A program made the translations under genes and the position numbers. Below the pieces are notes generated by a model that searched no databases, was not told the origin of the DNA, and saw nothing but the letters and a program-made list of their open reading frames with translations. Shown here one piece after another: positions 1-12,100 of a stretch of DNA of 64,000 bases. The stretch is from Phaeosaccion multiseriatum (taxonomy: Eukaryota; Protista; Ochrophyta, other classes): NCBI GenBank assembly GCA_965112735.1, contig OZ218960.1, positions 3,162,001 through 3,226,000 on the forward strand, written 5' to 3'. Positions within the stretch are counted from its first letter, which is position 1. Each line of letters starts with the position of its first letter.

Positions 1-1324
1 TGTTCACCTCCATGTCCGAGAACTGCTCAATGTACGTGCGGCAGATGGAGGTGTAGCACTCGTACACCTGCTCCAGCAGCGGAGCAGGAGGGCCCTCCTC
101 GCCTCCACCGGCCCCTCCTTCGCCCCCTTGCTGCGCGGCTTGCGGCGGTGCCTGTCCTTCTTCTTCTTCTCGACCCCCGCCCTCCGCCCTCTGCTGCTCG
201 CGGCGCACGAGAGCGTCGTACCCCTCCACTGCCCGAAGGAAGTCGTAACTCTCGAGGCAGAGCGCTCGGCGAATGAAGTCGTAGAACAGCCTGTCCAAGA
301 CCGGATGGGCCATGATCTCGGCCACCTCCGCACCAATCCCGCCCCCCGCGCTGTGCCGTGTGTCTGTCAAAGAAGACTGCGGCACTACATGTCGTCCCGA
401 TTTGCTGTTCGGTGCGCGGAAGCTTGGTCTTGTTTTTTTTACTTTCAAGTATGCACTCCTGGTTATGGGGTCGCGCACCCATCGGAGGTCCCCCCACCAA
501 TACAGCGATACAAGTGCAGTAGCAAGAGTGTACGAAGCGATCACGAAGTTCAGCGCCGTCGACACCTTCCATGCGTTCGTAGTCTCCTGCACCACGAGGA
601 CGAAGAAGTAGACGAGACCAAAAACTAAGAAGGACATCGTCGAGCAGGTGATCTCCTCTCCGATGCGCAGGAGGTCGTTGGCCTTGACAATCCGTCTGCT
701 ACAATACCCTGAGGAGGCGGCCATCATGGCGAGGGAAGTGATCTGCAGTTGCCAAGGCTGCGCCGCGTAGCAGTAGTAGTCGCTCCCGGACTCGAAGGGT
801 CTGAACCACATCACCAACGAAGCCATCACCATACTCTGCAGGAAGCCGCCCGCTATCTGCTTCCATGCCCAGAAAGGCGCCAGAATGAAGGCATATTTCT
901 TCCGGGTCTCCTGTTTTCCGATGGCTACCATCATCTTCAGAGCTCGCATAATATAGGAGCCACCTGTACTCGAGAGATGGCAGGACAATAAAAAGTTATA
1001 TCGGCCGTGTATGGGGAGACGTGGACTCAAAGTAACCAGGCACTTCCCCTCAATGAGTTACTTACCAGCCAACGACATTGACAAAAAAGTTGAGAGTATG
1101 ACGAGGTCGCACGGGAAGGGGGCCCCCTCCATCCTGCAGATGTACTCGACACTTATGATGCACGTAGCAGCCGTTAGTCCCGCGACGGAGCATAGGACAA
1201 GGCCGGGGTAGCGAGCCCTGATGATGGGGTAGTTCCTTCTCTGCCAAAGCTGCCAACTCTTCCGAACGACGGCGCTCAATTGGGCCGCAGTTAGCACCAG
1301 GACCACGACACTCGCGGCATGCAT
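1..1324 (-). CDS. 7TM-RGS protein (N-terminal multi-pass membrane domain + C-terminal RGS domain), 3' end outside window
   Basis: Exon 1324-1066 (MHAASVVVLVL...RNYPIIRARYPGLVL...) splices GT..AG in phase to an exon starting at 963 that stays open to position 1. It encodes several hydrophobic helices (GSYIMRA, KANDLLRIGEEI) and then RGS-like LFYDFIRRALCLESYDFLRAVEGY...ICRTYIEQFSDMEVN. Confidence 0.8.
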
Positions 1325-1520
1325 CCTTCGTTTCGGAAGCTCCCTTGCGTCACTTGCGTGGATTAGCTGCTCCCTTTCTTTTTATATCACCTTGTGTACT
1401 CGTTTGGAAAACTGCCGCCGGATCTGTAACTGCCCCCCCCCATCATAAATTGCCCTCCACTCTCCCAGGCTCAGAGCGCTTGTGGGGGGCACAGAAGCGA
1501 CCCACACACATGATACCACG

Positions 1521-1718
1521 ACACCTGACACCTGACACCTGACACCTGACACCTGACACCTGACACCTGATACCTGACACCTGACACCTGACACCTGACA
1601 CCTGACACCTGACACCTGACACCTGACACCTGACACCTGACACCTGATACCTGACACCTGACACCTGACACCTGATACCTGACACCTGACACCTGACACC
1701 TGACACCTGATACCTGAT
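1521..1718. repeat. 7-bp tandem repeat (ACACCTG)n, ~28 copies
   Basis: Directly visible, with occasional ATACCTG variants. Confidence 0.95.
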
Positions 1719-1966
1719 AGGCAGTTGGAGGTCGGCCGAGACTCAACGCCCAGATGCCTCTTTCGGGTGGGGTCCCGAAGTTGACCCAAGGAGTGGCCGA
1801 CACTCTCGCCTGTGCCTGCAGCTTCTCTAGCTTGGACACGAGCAGCGCGATGACCTCGGGGTTGGGATGAGGGGATGCCATGGCACTGTCGATCACGGCC
1901 ACTTCCTCCACCGTCGAGGAGTCGAAGTTTGCATCGTTCTGACTCAGCAGCTCCAGCACCAGCAGC
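1716..1966 (-). CDS. Orphan coding exon, weakly ankyrin-like; parent gene unresolved
   Basis: Pyrimidine tract + CAG acceptor, then LLVLELLSQNDANFDSSTVEEVAVIDSAMASPHPNPEVIALLVSKLEK..., with a possible CAG|GT donor at the start of the 7-mer array. Confidence 0.35.
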
Positions 1967-2260
1967 TGAGGGAGGGAGAGAGGGGAGGGGGGGGGGCTGG
2001 CTGGTTATCTAGGGAAGGGTGACTTGGGAGCAGCTGGGAATGGAGGCGAGCGAAGGGTCAGTTAGCTGCTAGCTAGCAACACCACAGGTCGTACAGGAGG
2101 ACCCTTTGCGATATGGTGGGTGGGTCCGTGTCCTCAACGACATGGTGTGTGGGTGTGTGGGTGAGTGACTCGAGAGCGCCGGGGGTGGGGAGGGCAGCAA
2201 AGTCAATTTGGGATGTGCGTGGGAGGGAGAGAGAGAGAGAGAGGGAGAGAGAGAGACAGA

Positions 2261-2302
<42 letters not shown>

Positions 2303-2429
2303 AGAGAGAGAGATATGGTCACTCCCCACCGTTGCCCCTTACTCAAACCCCTTGCCACTCTATCCTTCCCTCTCGCTCGTGTTGACCTGTCTGGCCAGCC
2401 TCCGCGGCTTTATGCGCCCCCTCCCCTCC

Positions 2430-2853
2430 CTACCTCCCTCTCTCCCTCCCTCTCCCTCCCTTCCCTCCCTCTCTCCCTCGACTCCCTCTCTCCCTCCCTC
2501 CCTCCCTCCCTCCCTCCCTCCCTCCCTCCCTCCCTCCCTCCCTCCCTCCCTCCCTCCCTCCCTCCCTCCCTCCCTCCCTCCCTCCCTCCCTCCCTCCCTC
2601 CCTCCCTCCCTCCCTCCCTCCCTCCCTCCCTCCCTCCCTCCCTCCCTCCCTCCCTCCCTCCCTCCCTCCCTCCCTCCCTCCCTCCCTCCCTCCCTCCCTC
2701 CCTCCCTCCCTCCCGCCCTCCCTGCCTGCCTGCCTCCCTCCCTCCCTCCCTCCCTCCCTCCCTCCCTCCCTCCCTCCCTCCCTCCCTCCCTCCCTCCCTC
2801 CCTCCCTCCCTCCCTCCCACCCACCCTCCCTCCCTCTCTCTCTCCCTCCCTCC
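2430..2853. repeat. (CCCT)n polypyrimidine microsatellite, ~400 bp
   Basis: Directly visible. Confidence 0.95.
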
Positions 2854-2855
2854 TC

Positions 2856-3008
2856 GACCCCTGACGTGCTACCGCACGCTTCTCGGTAGGAGGTAGCACG
2901 CGCTGACCCGGCGGTGGCAGCTGATGGTTGGTCGGCCGGCCGGTCGGCCAGTAGCACGTCAAGACCGGCTGACGCCGGCGGGAGCACGTTGGTAGCACGT
3001 CAGGGGTC
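2856..3008. mobile_element. MITE-like element with perfect 18-bp terminal inverted repeats
   Basis: GACCCCTGACGTGCTACC (2856-2873) and GGTAGCACGTCAGGGGTC (2991-3008), with internal GTAGCACG sub-repeats. No clear target-site duplication. Confidence 0.65.
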
Positions 3009-3427
3009 AGGCCAATGGTCAGGCCGACCCTCGACCCTCCCCACCTTCAGTTTCAGTTTCCGTTTCTTGAGGGTGCGCCCGCGTGGGCCAGTTTTTTTGC
3101 CTTCAGACCGATCCGGGAGCGTCGAGGGAATCAAGGAGCGACGGATTACAGAGAAATGCACAACAGATAAAGCAGGGGCAGAAGAGGCGACGAAGACTCT
3201 GCTAAAGCGGCGGCAGGGAAAGAGGGCTTTTTGTTTTTTTTTCCCACGAAAGCTTTGATTGAACCTCGTATGTAGTCCAAGGACTTAGGATATCGACTTA
3301 GGACGCGTGGATAATAGTCTCGTGCGAGCTGCAGAGGGGAAGGGGCGGGGGACCCCAGTGACAGGTGTTGAGGGGGGGCGGTAATTAGCTGCAGGAAGTG
3401 AGAGAGGAGAGAGGACGTGCGAGTCGA

Positions 3428-5002
3428 ATGGGCGGCGGCTCACCCCCCCCGACGCCCCCGAGTAAACCACTGAGCATGCCTCAGGAGCCGGAAGCTGGGC
3501 CTGAGCCATCAGCCCTAAGCGGTGGAGGCGCTGCAAGCAGGGCAGCACAAAAAGAGGGAAAAGAGGACCGCCAGCCCGAGGTCCAGGATGTGATGGCCAC
3601 CGTGGTGGACAGTGTGGAGCAGCAGCAGGGCGAGGAGAAGCTGCAGCTGCGTGAGGAGGTGGAGGGGAGGGGCGCTGACGAGTCCTTCAATAGCGAGCAG
3701 CTGTCCTTTCTGTCCGGCATGATCTCGTCCTCCGTCTTTGGTGGGGGCAAGAGGCAGCAGCAGAAAGTCTCTTGGGAGACACGTGTCGAGCAGGAGAAGG
3801 AGGAGGGCGGCGAGCAAGAGGCCCCTCTGGCGGAGCGCCGAATGACGGACTCGGAGTCCCACTCCCTGCACCAGGGGGGCTCCGTAGGAGGGGCGGTGGA
3901 GACAACCATGGGGGACGACTGGTACAAGGTGAATGCGACAATGAGTGCCACCGAGGACGAAGGGCATGAAGGAGGAGGAGAAGAACAGGACGGCTGTGAT
4001 GGGGACAGCAGCGATGACGACAGCGACGACGAGCCGCCGGCGCTGATCGACAATGACGAAGATGGTGCTGCGGAGGAGCCCGCACTTGTCCATGCTAACG
4101 AGTGTGCGCTTCACAGGATGTCTCTCCGCCGCTTTTCGTGCGTCTTGTCGCGCCCCTTTGCCTCGCACGTGCAGGGGCAGTCGGAGGAGAAGGACGACGA
4201 GAACGAGACGGAGGACAAAGAGGTGGAGGAGGAGCAGGAGGAGGAGGGTCCCAGCACTGGCACGGGGCAAGCGCTGAGGGCATGGTGGGGACGGGTCTGT
4301 GCCCACGTGTTCGACGTGCCGGACAAGGAGGCTCTCTTCGCCGCCATCCAGGATGCGGAAACCTCTCTCCGCGCCAGCCCGTTTCTCCCCGCGGTGCTGG
4401 AGCCCCTCTTGGCCCCCGTGACGGACGGCCTCAGGTATGCCGTCGAACACCCCTGCGTCAGCTTGCTGCGGCTCCTGGCCTTGACCCTGGCGGTATTCGT
4501 GGCCAATGTGCTGCTGCTGTGCGGCATTGTCAAGCTTGTCTACTTGACCTCCGGGCTTTTGAGCGGCATGGGCAGCGTGTTGCACTCGGCAGCAGCAGCA
4601 GGAGGAGGAGGAGGAGGAGCAGGAGGAGGAGGAGGTGGAGGAGGAGGGGCTGACCTAAGCAGCGTAGGAAGAGCGGGAGGGGAACATGTGCCCCCCCTCA
4701 GTGTGCCGATGGCAATGGAGGGGGGCATGGGCTACGGAAACTTGGATTTGCCGCTCCTCAAAGAGGAGGAGGGAGGCCCTGAGGAGGCCCTGCCAATGGT
4801 GCGTTGTTGCAGTAGGAAGATGGGGCAAGGTGTGGTGTCTGTCTCGGTCTGAGCCGTGACCGAGTGACTCTAAACGGACGTCAAGTAACGACTTCCGTCC
4901 TTCCGTCTGTCCGTCCCTCTTCAACGATTTCTCTCTCTCTGTGTGTCTGTGCACAGGACGACTTCATTCCGGTGTGGCATCAGGATATCCTCAAGAAGGT
5001 GT

Positions 5003-5066
<64 letters not shown>

Positions 5067-7916
5067 TTATTCGCGCGTGAAAGAGAGCGGGGCCGACCCG
5101 CGCATCCTTCACGGGACGTGTTGTTCTCCTCCCTCTCCAACAAAAGTGCAATCCATCGAGTGCCATCCGAAGATCGATGTGCTGGGTGTAGCCTGCTCTT
5201 CTGTGCGAGCCCGACTGCCCCCATCATCCGCGTCGCTCCTCACCCCACCCCTCGTCCTCACGTCCTCACGTCCTCCATCCTCCTCCGTGGTGTCGTGTGT
5301 CCGTTGCACCACCCTTTGATGATGGTATCCCTTGCATGTGCTTGGGCCGCAGGTGGAGCGGCTCGAGAAGGTTTCCCAGCGCCACGGCGCCAAGCTCAAG
5401 AAGCAGCAGGTGCGTAGGCTCTCTTTGCTCTCACTGCAGGGCCCAGTGTCCCCTCCCTCCCTCCCTCCCTCCCCTCCCTCCCTCCCTCCCCTCCCTCCCA
5501 TCATTTCTCCCCTACACTCACTCCCGTCCTTTCTCCTCTATCCTCACTCCCCCCCTCCCTCCCCCGAGCAGCAGCACAAGAAGCGTCTGGGTACGCGTGT
5601 GAAGAAGCTCGAACTTCTCTTCCTTCAAATGGTGGCAACGCTCGAGGAGGCTGTGCTCAGCGATGAGCAGCTCAAGGAGGCTAGGGTGAGTGAGGGAGTG
5701 GGTGAGGGAGTGGGTGAGGGAGTGGGTGGGGGAGTGGGTGAGTGAGTGAGTGAGAGAGTGGGTGAGGGAGTGGGTGCGGGGGTGGGTGAGGGAGTGGGTG
5801 AGGGAGTGGGTGAGGAAGTGGGTGAGGGAGTGGGTGAGGGAGTGGGTGAGGGAGTGGGTGAGGGGGTGGGTGAGGGAGTGGGTGAGGGAGTGGGTGGGGG
5901 AGTGGGTGAGGGAGTGGGTGAGGGAGTGGGTGAGGGAGTGGGTGAGGGAGTGGGTGAGGAAGTGGGTGAGGGAGTGGGTGAGGGAGTGGGTGAGAAAGTG
6001 GGTGAGGGAGTGGGTGAGGGGGTGGGTGAGGGGGTGGGTAGGGGCTGGGGGGGGGAAGGGGTCTGAGCGGCCGGTCGGAGAGGGGATGGATGGAAGGGAT
6101 GGATGCCCATTGTTGAGGGATGGAGCGGGAGGGGATGTGATGTATGCCCATTGTTGGGATGGAGTGGGAGGGGAAGGAATGGATGGAAGGGATGGATGGA
6201 AGGGATGGATGCCCATTGTTGAGGGATGGAGTGGGAGGGGATGGGATGGGTGGAAGGGATGGATGCCCATTGTTGAGGGATGGAAGGAATGGATGCCCAT
6301 GGCTGAGGTGCGCGAGGAGGGACGCTCATCGTGCCATCGGTTGCCATCGGCCCGACACGTACATTTGCTTTGCTTTTCATCCCCTCCTCCAAGGCGGTGC
6401 CGTACGGGTACTCTCTGCCTCTCCCTTCCTGACCCCCCCATCTGCTGCCATCCGCCGCCGCTCAGGACCAGCTCGGGGAGAGGGTGGAGGCACAGCATGA
6501 CGCTCTGCTGCGGCTCCAGGAGCAGCTAGCTAGCGCGCAGGAACAGCTTGCTAGCGCACATGTCAGCAACGCTCCCCTCGACTCCTCTTCCGGCCAGCGT
6601 GGCGTGCGGACGGAAGATAACGTCGACGACAGGAACATGGTGATCGATGTGGACACAGAGCCCGCTTACCCCGATCTGGGGGCGGAACTGCACGATGACG
6701 GCTTCGATGGGGACGCCTACTTGCCGGGGGAGGAGAACTGCGCAGACAACGATGACTGCCTCAGTCTCGAGTTCGACATGGACTTCGACATCGATTTTGC
6801 TTTCGAAGAAGGAGACGGAGAGGGAGGCGAAGGGGACGGCGACTCTTGGGGCCCCTGGTGGGAATGCTTGGACTCCATATATACCATCCTTCCTCTCACT
6901 GAGACCTTGGACTGCTTCGATACCGACACTGCCACCGTCACTGAGAGGATGCGGGCCGATGTGCGCGAGTACATGATGGAGTATGAGACAGGCAGGCCGC
7001 AAGCTTCACAGCAGCCGGAGGAGGCGGAGCAGCAGCAGCAGCAGCAACAGCAGGAGGAGGAGCCTCAGGAGGAGCGGCAGGAGGGGGAGGAGGGGGAGGA
7101 GCCATTGGAGTAAGTATAAGCCTCTTATGACGAAGAGGGAGTGGGTGGGGGAGGCGGCCGAGGGCTGTGAAAGAAAGAAAGAAAGAAAGAGGCCCAAATG
7201 AACCCGGGGGGTATCTCTGTACATGACCGACCTAACCCGCTCTCCTCCCCCATCCACCCATCCACCCATCCACCCATCCACCCATCCACCCATCCACCCA
7301 TCTACCCATCCACGCATCTCCACCCATCCACCCATGCATACCTTACACACCACACCACACCTCACCACACCTCACCACACCTCACCGTCCTTCTTAGGAG
7401 CCGCTTCGCCGCCGCCTTCGGGTACGTGCTGGAGCAGCTCCAGACCGAGGCAGCCGGCATGACCGAGCGCGTTAGCAGTCTGGAGAGGAAGGTGCTCAAC
7501 AGACTGGCGACGACTGTGGATCACGTCAAGAGGAGTGCTGAGGGGGAGGCCGAGCTCGTGGCGGACATGTTGGCGGAAGCCAAGAAAAGGGCACAGCAAG
7601 GGTAAGAGGGAAAGGGGGGACGGAGGGGGAGGGAGGGAGAGGGGATGCATGCCACGGGGGAGCACCGCCAGAGTCATAGAGATGGGAGGGGGGGAGGGGG
7701 GGGGGGGGGGAGGGGGTGCCAATCAACTCAGGTTGTGATGCTGGCTCCTCGCTCCTCCCCTACCTCATGTCGTTGGTCTCCTCCACACATACTCCCCCTT
7801 CTCATCTCTCCCCTCCCGTCCTCCACGTCTTGCCCCTTCCATCCCCTGTCTGTGTTATTCAATACCCCCATACCCTGTCTGTGTCCCTCAGCTTCTCCAA
7901 CTGGAGGACCGCCTAA
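3428..7916 (+). CDS. Unknown multi-exon protein: acidic low-complexity N-terminus, hydrophobic TM segment, coiled coils
   Basis: Long first exon [11 protein letters not shown]...[28 protein letters not shown]. Phase-compatible GT-AG exons at ~4957-4998, 5353-5409, ~5572-5685, 6466-7108, 7399-7602 and 7892-7916. Confidence 0.6.
5684..6038. repeat. 12-bp minisatellite (GGGTGAGGGAGT)n in an intron, beginning at the splice donor
   Basis: Directly visible, ~29 copies. Confidence 0.95.
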
Positions 7917-9126
7917 GTGAGTGAGCTTGAAGTGTGGTCCGACTACCAGTACATGTCAGGAGGGGAAGAGGAAGGATACAGGGGGTGTAAATCAGTGTTG
8001 GGCAAAGCGAAATCGGCCAGGCAAGATGAACGGTGAGGGGGGCGGTGGGGGGGGGGGGTGGCAATGGATGGCAGTGGATGGGGTAGAAGCATGTGCGAGA
8101 AACGCACAAACCCACCGCGTTGTAACTTATTGAGGAGGAGGAGGAGGAGGAATGTGTTTTTGTTGAAAGAGGAAAAAGTACAAAGGAGGCTTTTGCCTTG
8201 TCCGGTATTACGGAGAGATGTGCTAAATAGGGGGGGAAGAGGGAGAGAGACTAAGGGACACTGGCTGGGGCTGCTGGAGCGGCAGAGGATGTGATGTGAA
8301 GACGGTGTTGGTCGGTCGGGTCGTATGAGCGAGACGAGGCGTGAGGCGAAAGACTGTACCACCAACTGCTGGGCGGCTTCTCCATCGCCAAGAGGGGGGC
8401 AACCTGGGGTCCGTCGGTCTGTCTATCGGTCAGTCACCGTGGGGGAGCAGCACACGGGAAGCCTCGATCATCAGGAGGCCGGCAAAGAGCCAAAGGAAAG
8501 AAGGGATGTATGTCCAGGTGGGTGGGTCGGGACCACTGGCCGCAGCAGTGCGCAGCAGCAGGGGCAGCAGTGGCAGCAGTGAGCAAGCTTGTCCCTCTAG
8601 TGCGCTGTTGATGAGCTTTGCCCTTGCGCTGCTCCCGGCGGTGGACAGGCCCGCTGTCTGTGCTCCTCGCCTGGCCAGAGAGAGGGCCCGAGGCGAAGTA
8701 ATGAGTGTGTATGTGTGTTGTATAATCAAGTGAGGAAGCACGTGAGTGGAAAGGAAGGGGCAGCCCAGCGGGCACTTGGAAAACCATAACAGCGAATTGA
8801 CTTATTAGTTTCAGTTTCAGCTCGTGGGGTCGTACCGTATGTCAACAAGGCCATACAGGCATTTTCGATTTTCCCCGCAATTTGATTGCCGCAATTTCCC
8901 CGAGCGAACCAATTGCACTTTATCAACCAAACGCAGAGCAGAGCGACATGAGAAGCTTGGAAGAAGTCACTACAAGCTAGCTGGGGACCTTGGTAGTGTC
9001 ACTGTGAACCCTCACTGCCGCGTTGTTTTATTTGTGTCGAGGGGGCGGTCTCTCCCTTCCCACACATCTTCTCTGTCTACACCTAATTTCGGATGGGATT
9101 AGCCGTGTAGCAAAGGAACTGCGACC

Positions 9127-12100
9127 ATGGGGAAAAAGAAGAAGAAGGGTGGGGGTAAGAAGGCCCAGAAGAAGGGAGAGGATCAGGGGGGCGCTGGCAA
9201 CATGGAAATGGGGGAGGACAAGGACAAAGGCGGGGAAGACAAAGTGAAGCGTGGGCACAGGGAGCGCATTCTCCAGGAGAAGAGGGAGTACCGGGCCGAG
9301 GTCAGCGCGCTACTAGCCACGGCAGACAAGGACCAGCAGATCGAACTGCTCAAGAATGAGCTGAGGCAGGCCCTGGAAGAGCGAGGTGGGTGGGCAGGCC
9401 AGGCCAGGACTAGAGGCGAGAGGCGAGAGCCCTTAGTACAAGTCGGAGAGGGTTGAGGGAAGGGAAGAAAAGGAGGAAAGGGGCGAGAAGGGCGAGCGTC
9501 TCTTTCATGCATGCAAACGCCTTCCCGTGGTGGTGCTCCTTCTGCGACTGTGTGTGCACACTCTGTGCTGCTGGTTGTTGGTCGCGCACAAAGAAGAGAC
9601 AATGAATGATTTTAAGAGAGATGCTCCCTGCCCATAAGTGCGTTCCCCTGTACGTGGGCACCTGTTTCACCCTCTGTTCTATGTGCCACGCACCTACACG
9701 CACAAGTGGCATGCCGCACGGCTCGTGGCCCACAGCCTGCTGAACCCTCCCCCACCTCTATGCACACACATACACAACCACACACACATGATGCAGACGC
9801 CATCGCGGACAAGTACGTACACACAGTGGAGGACATAACGCCTCTCTACGCCCAACTCAAGGCACAGGTGCTCAGCACCCAAGTGGCGGCGAGCGGCACC
9901 GTGCAGCAGACCGCACTGGAGCTGGAGGCCGTTAAGCGGGAGATGGAGGAGACCAAGAGGGAGGGAGAGAGGTTGACCAGGGCGGCGAGGGAGAGCCAAG
10001 CGCGGGTTGTGGAGCTGGAGGCAGTAGTGGCGGAGGACGAGAAAATCGTCATGCGGTGAGTGAGTGAGTGAGTGAGTGAGTGAGTGAGTGAGTGAGTGAG
10101 TGAGTGAGTGAGTGAGTGAGTGAGTGAGTGAGTGAGTGAGTGAGTGGGAGGATTGTTGCCAGTCGAGCCCTAGACGTCCATCCTTTAGCATTGACAAAGG
10201 GGGCAGGAGAGGAGGAGGGAGAGGGAGGACGATAGGGAGAAGGAGGGAGAGGGACAGAGAGAGAGGGGAGGGGGGGGAGGGAGGGAAAGGGAGGAGAGGG
10301 CAAAATGTGCTTCTCTTTCCTCGCCTTGTTATCTTCCGCATGGAGTGTCCCTTCGCTCTCGTCCACCCTTGACCCATGCAGCCACTCTTTGAATCCCCAA
10401 CTCCGAACAGGTCCGAGGAGACTCGGGTCGAGATGAAGGCTGCCAAGCGCAAGGCGGCTGAGCTGCAGAATGAACTCATCCTGCTCCGAGAGGCAAACAC
10501 GATTAACAATAAGACCTTCCTCATTCTTCGCAAGGTCAGGGGAGGGAAGGAGAGAGGGAGGGAGGGAGGGAGGGAGGGACAGTGAGGGGTACAGGGGGGG
10601 GGAGGCGCCGTACCAGTTGATTTGAGCGAATGCCCGTTGCGTGATTCACGACAAAGACTCTCCCTGCCCCTGCCCTTACCTCTGCCTCTGCCCGCCCATA
10701 TCCCTCCTACTGCCTATATTCCTCCCTCTGCCGACCCATATGCCTCCATAGGTGTTCGAGGGCAAGGAGCTGGTGCGCCCCACCGATCAGGACGGAGTGG
10801 AGGGCGTGGTGCTCGTGCCTCTGCTACTAGAGGTGAGTGAGAGAGAGGGAGAGAGCGAGGGAGAGGTTTGAAGGGTGGGGGGGCAGAGAAGAGAGAGAGG
10901 CCGCAGCACTATTGAACCCTCTGACTCTGTATCCTCTACCCCTTGCCCTTCCCTTCTGGGATGGCGGTCTGACACGCGACCATCATGTTGGTGATCCACT
11001 CACCACTCACAGGTGCTGGCTCAGTTCCATGGCGAGGGTAACGGCTTGATCCAGCGGGACGCCCTCTCCCTCCTCTCTCACATCGCCAGCCACGACCTCA
11101 GCGGGGCGGGGGGGGGGCTAGGCAGGTGGGTGGGTGGGTGGGTGGGTGGGTGTAGTAAGTCAATGGGTGGGTGGATGTAGTAAGTCGATGGGTGGGTGGG
11201 TGTAGTAAGTCAATGGGTGGGGTGGAGGAGTGGCTGCCATCATCCAGGTCGAGAATGGCACAAAATGGTTTGAGACACGAAACTCACGGTGAAGTCTCGC
11301 GACCAACCAATCAACCAACCAACCAATCAGTCAAATCAGCCAGCCAATCAACCAATCAAACCACCCCCCCCCTCTTGCTTAACTCTTGAGCAGGTGGGTG
11401 CAGGACACAAAGAGTCACCTCTTCGTGCTCCTTTCCGTGAGAGAGATGTACAACGACCTCAGCGTCGTCAGCAACGGATCTCGGCTCCTGCACAAGGTAT
11501 GTGCAGTTACGGCAGTTACATTCTTATGGTGGGTGGGTGGGCCTGGCTGACTACGCACGTGATGGCCTGACGCAACGCACCCTCTCTTTCTCTTCCTCCC
11601 TCTCCCTCCCATCTACTGCCATCCCTCAGGCCGCTGCTAGGAACAGGGCGGTTGCTGATGACCTCTTCGGAATGGGGGCCGTGCAGTTAGTGCTCAAGGG
11701 GGCTGCGGAGTGCAGCTGGGACGGCTCCCTGCAGCAGGTTAGGCAGTTGGTCATTCACTTCGCTGTATTGGCACTCTGTCAGTCGCCACTCACTCACTCA
11801 CTCACTCACTCACTCACTCACTCACCCCCCCCTCATCCTCTTCTTACCGCTTATGCTTCGTCTCGCCTGGTGCTGCTGCCCCTCCCCCCTCCCCCCCAAT
11901 CTGCTGCCATCCCCCTCACACCGATGGCTCCGACGACGGCCATCCGAAGGCGCGGAAGATGCACCTAAACGTGTGTGCGTGCGTGCGCGTGCTGCTCCCC
12001 CCCGCGCTCTTCGACGAAATACTCGGGGAGCTCGACATTCGCCCTGAACAGCGATTTTGGGGCGAGGCTACCTCCTCTGCCCGAGGGGCCGGGGAGAGAG

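Noticed and set aside
128-628. Plus-strand ORF of 166 aa
   Set aside because: Antisense shadow of the 7TM-RGS exon.
2113-2998. Long ORFs (PPSL/GGRE repeats)
   Set aside because: Stop-free translations of (CCCT)n and (GA)n microsatellites.
5518-6529. Mucin/extensin-like ORFs (SPTP, VGEG, WVRE repeats)
   Set aside because: They derive from an intronic 12-bp minisatellite between phase-compatible exons.
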